Shown: one piece after another, positions 47,451 through 55,654 of the stretch | Numbering within the stretch: position 1 is the stretch's first letter | Layout: every line of letters begins with the position of its first letter | From: an uncultured SAR86 cluster bacterium | Lineage (GTDB): Bacteria > Pseudomonadota > Gammaproteobacteria > Magnimaribacterales > AG-339-G14 | Assembly: GCA_902604535.1 (NCBI GenBank) | Contig: CACKZK010000003.1 | Span: 11,227-75,226, forward strand | DNA: 64,000 bases | Direction: 5' to 3' | Program-made: the position numbers and the translations under genes | Notes under the pieces: model-generated | Database searches by the model: none | Seen by the model: the letters and a program-made list of their open reading frames with translations, nothing else | Told to the model about the DNA's origin: nothing

Positions 47451-48090
47451 TATAGACCTGTACCTCTTTGATTTGGATGGCACCATTCTTGATACCGCTA
47501 AAGAATTTCATGTGTCTCTTAATTTTTTACTTCAGCAAAAGAAGTTAATTGAAAAAGAATTTTCATCTGTAAGACAAATTGTTTCTGAGGGTGCTGGAGC
47601 TTTGATTTCACTTGGATTCTCAATTTCAGATAATCATGCTAATTTCGAAAGCCTAAGGAAAGAGCTTATTGAGGAGTACGAAAAAATATGCACTGACTCC
47701 ATAACATTTGGAGGCTTTGAAGAACTCATAAAATTCATCAAAGATAATAATAAAAAGTGGGGGATAGTTACAAATAAACCTAAATTCCTCACTGATAAAA
47801 TCTCAAATTCTTATAAATGGAATGAAATGGCAGATATAGTTATCTCTCCAGAAGATATTGAGAACAGACGAAAACCCGATCCAAGCGGTATAAATTTAGC
47901 TATGAAGAACTTAAATTGTTCACCTGAAAATACTCTCTTTTTTGGAGATCATTTCAAAGATTTCGAAGCATCAAAACGTGCGAAAACCTCATTTATATTT
48001 GCAGAATATGGCTATCATAATAACTCCATTAAAGATGAGGATTTAAATGATGTTGTTAAAATTAAATCCCTAAGAGAGATTCTTAATTAA
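47431..48090 (+). CDS. HAD-superfamily phosphatase (phosphoglycolate phosphatase / MupP-like)
   Basis: Motif I FDLDGTILDT, VTNKP, RKPDP, FGDHFKD; follows ubiG as in pseudomonads. Confidence 0.8.
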   Translation: MLINHSDIDLYLFDLDGTILDTAKEFHVSLNFLLQQKKLIEKEFSSVRQIVSEGAGALISLGFSISDNHANFESLRKELIEEYEKICTDSITFGGFEELIKFIKDNNKKWGIVTNKPKFLTDKISNSYKWNEMADIVISPEDIENRRKPDPSGINLAMKNLNCSPENTLFFGDHFKDFEASKRAKTSFIFAEYGYHNNSIKDEDLNDVVKIKSLREILN

Positions 48091-48795
48091 GTTATCAATT
48101 TCTTTTTGGCTCAGTTCTCTATAATTACCCTGCTTTAACGTTGAGGGTAAAAAAATATTTGCGTATCTTACTCTCTTGAGGCGACTTACTTCGTAGCCTA
48201 ATGCATTCCATAGCTTTCTGACTTCTCTATTTTTTCCCTCTTGTATAACAAGAGCAAACCAAGAGTGAGATTTGGTTACCCTGCCTTCAACTAAATCATT
48301 GAATTTCATTCTATTTCCATCAATTTGAATACCTTTTTTTAATTTATCTATATCAGCTGGTTCAACTTCCCCCCTTATACGAGCAATGTATTCTCTATCA
48401 AGCATTGATGAGGGATGCATTAGTTGATTGGCAACTTGGCCATTGTTTGTTAGCAAAAGAAGGCCTGAAGTGTTTAAGTCCAATCTACCTACTGATATCC
48501 ATCTGAAGTTTTTTTCAGGTGGCAACAAATCAAATATTTTTTTCTTAGGGCTTTTTTCTGATCTAGTGCATTCAAACCCTTCAGGTTTATTTAAAGCTAA
48601 TATTCTTAACTTATTATTAACATTTAGAGTAATTTTTTTTCCATCAAGGAAAATTTGATCTTCTTTTGAAATTTTCTCTCCAAGTTTGGCGAGTCTGTCA
48701 CCAACAAAGATTCTTTTTTCTTGAATGAATTTTTCTATTTGCCGTCGAGATGCAAGGCCTGAATCAGAAAGAACCTTTTGGATTCTTTCTTTCAC
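48070..48795 (-). CDS. rluB: 23S rRNA pseudouridine synthase (RluB-type)
   Basis: S4 domain (RIQKVLSDSGLASRRQIEKFI), catalytic GRLDLNTSGLLLLTNNG, REY; follows scpB. Confidence 0.88.
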   Translation of the reverse strand: MKERIQKVLSDSGLASRRQIEKFIQEKRIFVGDRLAKLGEKISKEDQIFLDGKKITLNVNNKLRILALNKPEGFECTRSEKSPKKKIFDLLPPEKNFRWISVGRLDLNTSGLLLLTNNGQVANQLMHPSSMLDREYIARIRGEVEPADIDKLKKGIQIDGNRMKFNDLVEGRVTKSHSWFALVIQEGKNREVRKLWNALGYEVSRLKRVRYANIFLPSTLKQGNYRELSQKEIDNLIKNLS

Positions 48796-49391
48796 TGGAT
48801 TATCTCATTTTCCTCAATGGAATTTTGATCTGGATCCTCCAAAGGTAATGGCATGGAAGATTCTGAAGAAATATTTATTTCAGGTAAAGAAGGCAAATCC
48901 GATAGTTTCTTGAGCCCTAAGTCATCAAGAAACTCTTTTGTTGTCCCTAGCAAGCTTGGTTTTCCAGGAACATCTCTAATACCGACAACTTTAATCCATC
49001 CCTTTTCAAATAAATTCTTAATTAAATTACTGCTTACTGAAACTCCTCTAACTTCCTCTATCTCGCTTCTTGTTATGGGCTGCTTATAGGCTATCAAAGT
49101 TATCGTCTCCATTAATGCTCTGGAATATCTTTGATTTTTCTCTTGCCAAATTTTAGCAATGTAAGGGGCATAAGCTTGATCAACCTGGAGTCTAAATCCA
49201 CTTGCAACCCTTGATAAAGTAAAAGAATTATTTTGAGAATTTTGCTCAATCAAATCTAAAGCATCTTTAAATTCTGAATGAGATGGTTTTTCATCTTCGT
49301 TAAATAGGTTTGTGATCTCTTTTTCGCTTAAAGGTCTGCCAGATGATAGAAGTATCGCCTCAATAATTTTTGAAAGTGTGATCGTATTCAT
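48792..49391 (-). CDS. scpB: segregation and condensation protein B
   Basis: IIEAILLSSGRPLSEKEI, ALMETITLIAYKQPITRSEIEEVRGV. Confidence 0.92.
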   Translation of the reverse strand: MNTITLSKIIEAILLSSGRPLSEKEITNLFNEDEKPSHSEFKDALDLIEQNSQNNSFTLSRVASGFRLQVDQAYAPYIAKIWQEKNQRYSRALMETITLIAYKQPITRSEIEEVRGVSVSSNLIKNLFEKGWIKVVGIRDVPGKPSLLGTTKEFLDDLGLKKLSDLPSLPEINISSESSMPLPLEDPDQNSIEENEIIQ

Positions 49392-50210
49392 TTAGTGGAT
49401 GCCTGAAATTTTTTTTGAAAGATGGATTTTTCCGAAAGGTTCGTTTTGAATACCCTTAACTAGTGAATCTTTAAGCAACTCCATAATTGCCAACAAGACA
49501 ACTGCAACGCCCATTTTTCCTTCTGACTTCTTTATCAAATCATTGAAAGCTATCAAGTCACTTTGTTGGAGTAATTCAAGAATTTCGGTCATCCTTTCTC
49601 TTGTAGAAAGTTCCTCAAAATCAATAACATGACTTTTATTAAGACTTATTCTTTCTTTAAGCTCGTTAAAAATAAGTACTAAGTCTTCTCCAGTAATTTT
49701 TGGTTTTTCTTTAGATGCTTCAAATTCAGGTTTTGCTGCACTAGCGAGATAAAAATCTCTATTTACCATTGGAATGTCATTTAAGCTTTCGGATGCTTTT
49801 TTATATCTCTCGTATTCTTGAAGTCTTCTAATTAATTCTGATCTCGGATCATCCTCCATCTCATCATCTTCAGATAGCGAAGGTAGCAAAATCCTTGATT
49901 TTATCTCTGCCAGATAAGCAGACATGACTAGGTATTCGCCAGCCAAATCAAACTGAAGTTCGTCCATGAGGTTTATGTATGAAATGTATTGATCAGTTAT
50001 CAAAGAAACATCTATGTTGGCAATATCAAGGTTTTGTTTTTGTATGAAATACAATAGAAGGTCCAACGGGCCTTCAAATGAATCTAAAAATATTCTTAGA
50101 GAATTAGGCGGGATGTATAAATCTTCGGGAAGGTCAGATATATTCTCGCCTTGCAATTTTAGAGGCAATTCTTGTTGTTCAGCTTTATTGATGTCTTTTA
50201 TTGTGTCCAC
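49392..50210 (-). CDS. scpA: segregation and condensation protein A
   Basis: FEGPLDLLLYFIQKQNLDIANIDVSLITDQYISYI; abuts scpB with a 0-nt spacer. Confidence 0.92.
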   Translation of the reverse strand: MDTIKDINKAEQQELPLKLQGENISDLPEDLYIPPNSLRIFLDSFEGPLDLLLYFIQKQNLDIANIDVSLITDQYISYINLMDELQFDLAGEYLVMSAYLAEIKSRILLPSLSEDDEMEDDPRSELIRRLQEYERYKKASESLNDIPMVNRDFYLASAAKPEFEASKEKPKITGEDLVLIFNELKERISLNKSHVIDFEELSTRERMTEILELLQQSDLIAFNDLIKKSEGKMGVAVVLLAIMELLKDSLVKGIQNEPFGKIHLSKKISGIH

Positions 50211-50282
50211 AGCTGTTTGAGCGAATTATAGCTCAATTGCCTTCAAAAGCACAAAATGTAGTGATTTTTTCTAACGATAACC

Positions 50283-51884
50283 CTATATATTGGGTTTCCA
50301 TGAATTGGTAATGGGATATCTTCTACCCTTGTCAAAATTTCTATCGGATATTTTTACTCCCAATGGAGCCTGTCGTCTTTTGTACTCATTGAAATCAATA
50401 AGTCCGATTATTTTTTCTACAGTCTTTTTATCAAAACCTTCTTGAATTATTTCTTTTACGGAAAAATCCTTTTCTGCGTAAAGTTCTATTATTGGATCCA
50501 ATATTTCATAATCTGGAAGGGAATCAGAATCTTTCTGATCTGGAGCTAGTTCAGCACTTGGAGGTCTTGTAATGATTCTTTCTGGAATTACTTCATTTAA
50601 TCCATTCCTATATTTTGATAGTTCATAAACTAATGTCTTTGATACATCTTTTAAAACTGCAAATCCTCCGGCAGTATCACCGTATAACGTCGAGTAGCCA
50701 ACCGCAGTTTCACTTTTATTTCCTGTTGTGAGAACTAATAAACCGTCTTTATTTGAAATTGCCATCAGAGTCACTCCTCTGATTCTTGACTGCAAATTTT
50801 CTTCAGTTTTATCAATTTTTTTATTGTTAAAAACTTCAGAAAGCTTGCTCATGTGAGCGTCATAGACCATCTCTATTGGGATTTCTTGATGATTAATTTT
50901 TAAATTCTTTGCCAAAAGTGCAGCATCATTGATGCTTATGTCTGCAGTATATTTAAAAGGCATCATAATCGTTCTTACCTTATCTGAACCAAGTGCATCT
51001 GTTGCAATAGTCGCTGTTAAAGCAGAGTCAATGCCACCAGAGGAACCAATTAGCACCCCTTTAAAGTTATTTTTTTCTACGTAATCTTTTGTAGCAAGAA
51101 CTAAAGAGTCATAAAGATCTTTCAGTCTGTCTATTTTTTTTTCTTTATTTGAAGACTTATCTATTTCTTCATATCTAAATTGAATTGAGTCAGTTGCAAA
51201 GCTTCTTAGTTCGAAAGTAACATCACCTTTCTTATTGACTACTGTGGAGGAGCCATCAAAAACTAATTCATCTTGTCCTCCTATTTGGTTTACATAAATC
51301 AATGGAATATTTAATTTTTCTGAGACCTTGCTAAAAACATGACCTCTTTCTTTTTTCTTGCTGATGGTAAATGGTGAAGCGCTAAGATTAACTAGAAGAT
51401 CTAAATTATTTTCTTTTTGCAACTCTATAAATCCTTCATCCCAAATATCTTCACAAATAGATAGTCCGATTTTGATGTCATCTATTCGAAAGTAATTTTT
51501 AGAATTTCCGTTGGAAAAATATCTCTTCTCATCGAATTCAATATAGTTTGGTAGAACATGTTTATTGTAGATTTGAATGATTCCGGACTGGTCTATTAAA
51601 GCGGCTGAATTGTATCTTTTGCCTTCTTCCATTGTTGGGAGTCCTATTAAAACTTTCGATTTTTTTATAAAAGAAGACAAATTTTCAACACTCTCTTTAG
51701 CAGAAATTAGAAAATCATCTCTCAGTAGGAGATCTTCAGGTGGATAGCCTGTTATGAATAACTCGCTGAATACAATAAGTTCTGAACCAGAGGACTCACT
51801 TTCCAAAATGTAATCTTTAGCCATAGAAGCATTGCCGTCTATGTCTCCAACGACGGGATTTTCCTGTACTAGAGAAATTTTCAC
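50283..51884 (-). CDS. nadE: glutamine-dependent NAD+ synthetase
   Basis: N-terminal CN-hydrolase domain (FSELFITGYPPEDL, ICEDIW) plus a C-terminal NAD synthase domain (GSSGGIDSALTATIA). Confidence 0.93.
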   Translation of the reverse strand: MKISLVQENPVVGDIDGNASMAKDYILESESSGSELIVFSELFITGYPPEDLLLRDDFLISAKESVENLSSFIKKSKVLIGLPTMEEGKRYNSAALIDQSGIIQIYNKHVLPNYIEFDEKRYFSNGNSKNYFRIDDIKIGLSICEDIWDEGFIELQKENNLDLLVNLSASPFTISKKKERGHVFSKVSEKLNIPLIYVNQIGGQDELVFDGSSTVVNKKGDVTFELRSFATDSIQFRYEEIDKSSNKEKKIDRLKDLYDSLVLATKDYVEKNNFKGVLIGSSGGIDSALTATIATDALGSDKVRTIMMPFKYTADISINDAALLAKNLKINHQEIPIEMVYDAHMSKLSEVFNNKKIDKTEENLQSRIRGVTLMAISNKDGLLVLTTGNKSETAVGYSTLYGDTAGGFAVLKDVSKTLVYELSKYRNGLNEVIPERIITRPPSAELAPDQKDSDSLPDYEILDPIIELYAEKDFSVKEIIQEGFDKKTVEKIIGLIDFNEYKRRQAPLGVKISDRNFDKGRRYPITNSWKPNI

Positions 51885-51950
51885 TGTATATTTAGATTAA
51901 ATCCTTTTAATTGAAGAGATTATATATAAAATGCTTCCACTTAAAAGATT

Positions 51951-53021
51951 ATGCAATATTTAACAGACAATACTAGGATTAAAGGGCTTTTGGAGGTTAC
52001 ACCTCCAATAAAGCTTATTGACAAGTTACCTTTGTCTTCAAAAGCTTCAAAGTTGGTTTACGAATCAAGAAATGAGCTATCTTCAATCCTTAGGCAAGAA
52101 GATGATCGTTTATTGGTTGTCGTAGGTCCTTGCTCCATTCATGATCCAAAGGCTGCTATAGATTATGCAGAGAAATTAAAACCACTTGCTGACGTTCTAT
52201 CAGGAGAACTCAAAATAGTCATGAGAGTTTATTTCGAAAAACCAAGGACCACAATTGGATGGAAAGGTTTGATAAACGATCCAGATATTAATAACAGCTT
52301 TAACATCAATAAAGGACTGAAAACTGCCAGAAAACTTCTATTAGAAATTAATGAAATAGGATTACCTGCTGGAACTGAATACCTTGATATCATAACTCCT
52401 CAATATATCTCTGACTTAATAACTTGGGGGGCTATCGGAGCTAGAACCACTGAAAGTCAAATTCATAGGGAACTAGCTTCTGGTTTGTCATGTCCTGTTG
52501 GATTTAAAAATAGTACCAACGGTTCGGTAAAAGTAGCCGTTGATGCTTTGAAAGCAGCAAGTCATTCACATATTTTCTTATCTATTACAAAAGAGGGTAA
52601 ATCGGCTATCTTCAACTCAGCGGGAAATCAAGATTGTCATGTGATTCTTAGAGGAGGTAGCGAACCTAACTACAAAGATAAGGATATAAAAGAAACATCA
52701 AAGATACTCAAAGAAAATGGATTAATGGATTCCATAATGGTTGACATGAGTCATGGGAATAGCAGTAAACAATTCAAAAAACAGTTACTAGTAAATCAAG
52801 ACCTTTGTAATCAAATATCTTCCGGATCAAAAAATATCATCGGAGTAATGATTGAAAGCAATTTAATTGAGGGAAACCAAAGCTCTGATAAAAAAGATAA
52901 GCTCAAATACGGACAAAGTATTACCGATGCTTGCGTGGGCTGGGAAGATACAGAAATTATGCTGAACTTGCTTTCTAATGCTGTCAAGAAGCGAAGACAG
53001 AATATGAAGGTTTCAGCATAA
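51951..53021 (+). CDS. aroG: class I 3-deoxy-7-phosphoheptulonate (DAHP) synthase, AroF/G/H type (isozyme not assignable)
   Basis: LLVVVGPCSIHDPKAAIDYAEKL, RVYFEKPRTTIGWKGLINDP, GARTTESQIHRELASGLSCPVGFKN. Confidence 0.93.
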   Translation: MQYLTDNTRIKGLLEVTPPIKLIDKLPLSSKASKLVYESRNELSSILRQEDDRLLVVVGPCSIHDPKAAIDYAEKLKPLADVLSGELKIVMRVYFEKPRTTIGWKGLINDPDINNSFNINKGLKTARKLLLEINEIGLPAGTEYLDIITPQYISDLITWGAIGARTTESQIHRELASGLSCPVGFKNSTNGSVKVAVDALKAASHSHIFLSITKEGKSAIFNSAGNQDCHVILRGGSEPNYKDKDIKETSKILKENGLMDSIMVDMSHGNSSKQFKKQLLVNQDLCNQISSGSKNIIGVMIESNLIEGNQSSDKKDKLKYGQSITDACVGWEDTEIMLNLLSNAVKKRRQNMKVSA

Positions 53022-53936
53022 ATGTCTGGAAGAAAATACTCGTTCTCGAAAGAAATCGCTGAATCCCTCGGAATTACTGAAGCAATAATTTTAGATTTCT
53101 TCCAAAATAATCAAGAAAACTTTTCCTTGGATAATCTCAAGAATGAATTTAAATTCTTAGATGTTTCGCAAATAGAGAATTCTTTTAAAAAGCTTAATAA
53201 TTTAGGCCTTTTTAATAAAAATATGTCAGTTAAAGATAGTGTTTCAAAGCAAAATGAGACAAATAATTTTTATCCAAGTGAAGATCTGATTAAACAAGCT
53301 ACTAATTTAGGAATTAAAGAGGATTTTTTAAGAGATCAGTTGGCAAGCTTTAATTTGTTTTGGAAAGGTAAAGATTTAAAACCTCATTCTAAGGAGTCCA
53401 AATTTCTTCAATATGTATTGAAAAATTGGAGGGATAAAGAAAAAAATGAATATCAAGAATCAAAAAAAGTTTTAATGGATAGTCAATGGAAGCCCTCTGA
53501 AGATGCAATGTCAATTCTAAGGAATCTTAATTTAAATGATTCTTTCATTGAAAGCTTGCTACCAGAGTTTATTTTGTTTTGGAAAGAAAAACGAATTAAG
53601 TCTAATTCATGGAACTCCACTTTCTTAAGTCATGCAAAAAGACAATGGGCAAGAAAGAATTATAAGCTTGAAAGCGAAAAAGAAAATCATCCTATGACAG
53701 AAAATTGGGCTCCTAGTGAAGATTGCTTAAAAGTTCTTGAAGTGGTAAAAATTCCAATGGATTTTACAGAATCAAAAATACCTGAATTTAGACTTTATTG
53801 GATCGATGCAGGAGAGATCTCTTCAAATTGGAACAATAAATTTATAAATTTTATAAAAAATTCTTGGGAGAAGGATTCAAAAAAAGGTTCCAACATATTG
53901 GAAAGGCTTGCTAATACAGAATGGGCGAAAAAGTAA
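53022..53936 (+). CDS. hypothetical protein with three tandem 73-aa-period repeats (DnaT-like ssDNA-binding-domain-like motif)
   Basis: The start codon directly abuts the DAHP synthase stop (TAAATG). Repeats begin at aa 83, 156 and 229 with (F/W)-x-P-S-E-D ... F-x-L-(F/Y)-W ... (S/E)-x-(W/K)-x-x-x-F ... K-x-x-W. The family assignment is from memory, not a search. Confidence 0.55.
   Translation: MSGRKYSFSKEIAESLGITEAIILDFFQNNQENFSLDNLKNEFKFLDVSQIENSFKKLNNLGLFNKNMSVKDSVSKQNETNNFYPSEDLIKQATNLGIKEDFLRDQLASFNLFWKGKDLKPHSKESKFLQYVLKNWRDKEKNEYQESKKVLMDSQWKPSEDAMSILRNLNLNDSFIESLLPEFILFWKEKRIKSNSWNSTFLSHAKRQWARKNYKLESEKENHPMTENWAPSEDCLKVLEVVKIPMDFTESKIPEFRLYWIDAGEISSNWNNKFINFIKNSWEKDSKKGSNILERLANTEWAKK
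53268..53867 (+). repeat. three protein-level tandem repeats, exact 219-nt (73-codon) register, inside the 53022-53936 CDS
   Basis: FYPSEDLIKQ...FNLFWKGK...SKFLQYVLKNW / WKPSEDAMSI...FILFWKEK...NSTFLSHAKRQW / WAPSEDCLKV...FRLYWIDA...NNKFINFIKNSW. Similarity is at the amino-acid level only. Confidence 0.8.
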
Positions 53937-54508
53937 AAATTCCAAATAATCACATCGAGTTGGTGAATCTAATTTTTGCGCAATTAGAAATTACCTACCA
54001 TAATCAATTTCACAAAGCCTTTAAAGATGAAATTAGTTTAAATTTAGCGAAACAATTATGGCTCAAAAAGCTAGAAATCTTCACTTTAGAGCTTATTTTT
54101 GAAGCGATAGATGAACTTACTTCAAAATCAAAATTTCTTCCCTCCTTAAGTCAAACTCTTGAAGAAGTAAAAAGTCATTTTTTAAAAAAAGAAGGAATTT
54201 CATCTGTTGATTCAGCTTTTGCAGAGGCATGCTTAGGATCTGACGATCCTGAAAACTTCAATTGGTCACATTCTTTGATTTACGAGACAGCTAAAAATTT
54301 TGGTTGGTCTGATCTTAGGCGTTCTGAAGAAAGTAAAGGTTTTGAAAAGTTTCAGTCTCTTATGTCTGATTCAATAAAGGATTATCTTAACGATCCCAAT
54401 AATTTTTATCTTCCTATATCAAATACAACTGAAGATAAAAAAACTAATTTATCTCAAGAAAAGCAGATACACCTTCTTGAGAAGCTAAAAAAAAAGCATC
54501 TGATCTGA
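53921..54508 (+). CDS. phage lambda replication-protein-P-like protein (putative helicase-loader family)
   Basis: 195 aa, overlapping the upstream gene by 16 nt. By-eye colinear matches to lambda P as I recall it: LVNLIFAQLEITY / IINGVFSQLLATF, KQLWL / RQWVL, SKFLPSLSQT / RPFLPSPGQF, NWSHSLIYE / PWKSNAHYW. Confidence 0.5.
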   Translation: MGEKVKIPNNHIELVNLIFAQLEITYHNQFHKAFKDEISLNLAKQLWLKKLEIFTLELIFEAIDELTSKSKFLPSLSQTLEEVKSHFLKKEGISSVDSAFAEACLGSDDPENFNWSHSLIYETAKNFGWSDLRRSEESKGFEKFQSLMSDSIKDYLNDPNNFYLPISNTTEDKKTNLSQEKQIHLLEKLKKKHLI

Positions 54509-54550
54509 TTATTAACATAATACAAAAAGGCATATATTACCCAACTATGT

Positions 54551-54559
54551 TGATATAAT
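54551..54559 (+). promoter_or_regulatory. candidate extended -10 element (TGaTATAAT) upstream of the RND efflux operon
   Basis: TGATATAAT lies 25 nt upstream of the ATG at 54584, in a 75-nt intergenic gap. Weak -35. Confidence 0.3.
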
Positions 54560-54583
54560 CCGTTTCGACTCCATAATAAAAAA

Positions 54584-55654
54584 ATGAAATTTTTGAGCTC
54601 AATCGTAAAATCTATCTTCTCGATATCAAATATTCAGTCTGCTGGTATTTTTTTGTTTTTCGCCTCAGTTTGGATGATTTCAGGACTATTTGTAGAAAGT
54701 GAAATACCAACTAAGCAGGTTATTTTAGAAGAGACTACCGTTAGAGTGATGAAACAATCGGCTCAACCCTTTTCAAGAAATATAATTCTTAAAGGTTCAG
54801 CAGAAGCAGACAAAAATGTTCAGCTAAGAGCTGAGACCTCTGGTCAAGTAATAGGTCTTCCTGTTGCGCAGGGACAATTCGTTAAAAAAGGTAGCCCGAT
54901 ATGTCAAATTTTTATAGGTGACAAGGACGAAGTTGCAAAAGAAGCTTCGTTAAATTACGAAACAGCAAAAAAACTTTTTGATGAAGGGCTCTACTCGAAT
55001 AGTCAACTTCAAGTAGCCAAAGGAAGATACGAAAGAGCTTTTCAGGATCTTGATTTTGCTTCTGTTAAAGCTCCTTTTGATGGAATAGTGGATAGAATTG
55101 ATCTTGATGTAGGAGATTTTCTTCCCAGGCAGGGAATTTGTGCAACGGTTCTGGATTTAAATCCTATTCTTATTTCAGCTGAAGTTTCCGAGAATGATAT
55201 GTCTGAGATTTCTCTGAATTCAACAGCAAAAGTAGAGTTAAATAATGAGAAAATGTTTGAAGGTAAAGTTAAATTTATCTCATCATCAGCTAATCCAATT
55301 ACAAGAACATTCAGAGTTGAGATATCTGTTCCTAATCCAGATACAGAAATAAAGGATGGTATGACGGCTGAGGTTTCTCTCAAAGGTGTAGAAAAAATTG
55401 CACACTTAGTCCCTGTTTCCATTCTTAGGCTTGATAACACAGGAAATTTAGGCATCAGGACAATCGATACCGATGGCCTCGTAGCTTTTAAAGAAGTTGA
55501 TATCATTGAGGATACTGGTGAGGGAGCCTGGATTACTGGCTTAGAAACTATTTCAACCATTATCACAGTTGGTCAGGATTATGTTTCGCAAGGTGAAAAA
55601 GTTGGAATTGCCTTAGATAGTAGATTCAATAGCTTGAATGAAAGGATTAATTGA
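54584..55654 (+). CDS. RND efflux periplasmic adaptor (membrane fusion protein)
   Basis: N-terminal TM anchor, barrel-sandwich hybrid and hairpin segments (AETSGQVIGLPVAQGQFVKKGSPICQI; VKAPFDGIVDRIDLDVGDF). Overlaps the pump gene by 17 nt. Confidence 0.88.
   Translation: MKFLSSIVKSIFSISNIQSAGIFLFFASVWMISGLFVESEIPTKQVILEETTVRVMKQSAQPFSRNIILKGSAEADKNVQLRAETSGQVIGLPVAQGQFVKKGSPICQIFIGDKDEVAKEASLNYETAKKLFDEGLYSNSQLQVAKGRYERAFQDLDFASVKAPFDGIVDRIDLDVGDFLPRQGICATVLDLNPILISAEVSENDMSEISLNSTAKVELNNEKMFEGKVKFISSSANPITRTFRVEISVPNPDTEIKDGMTAEVSLKGVEKIAHLVPVSILRLDNTGNLGIRTIDTDGLVAFKEVDIIEDTGEGAWITGLETISTIITVGQDYVSQGEKVGIALDSRFNSLNERIN

Noticed and set aside
53022-54508. Prophage or phage satellite
   Set aside because: Only two replication-type genes are present. 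There is no integrase, repressor, structural or lysis gene and no att-like repeat, and the flanks are core metabolism genes in tight operonic spacing.
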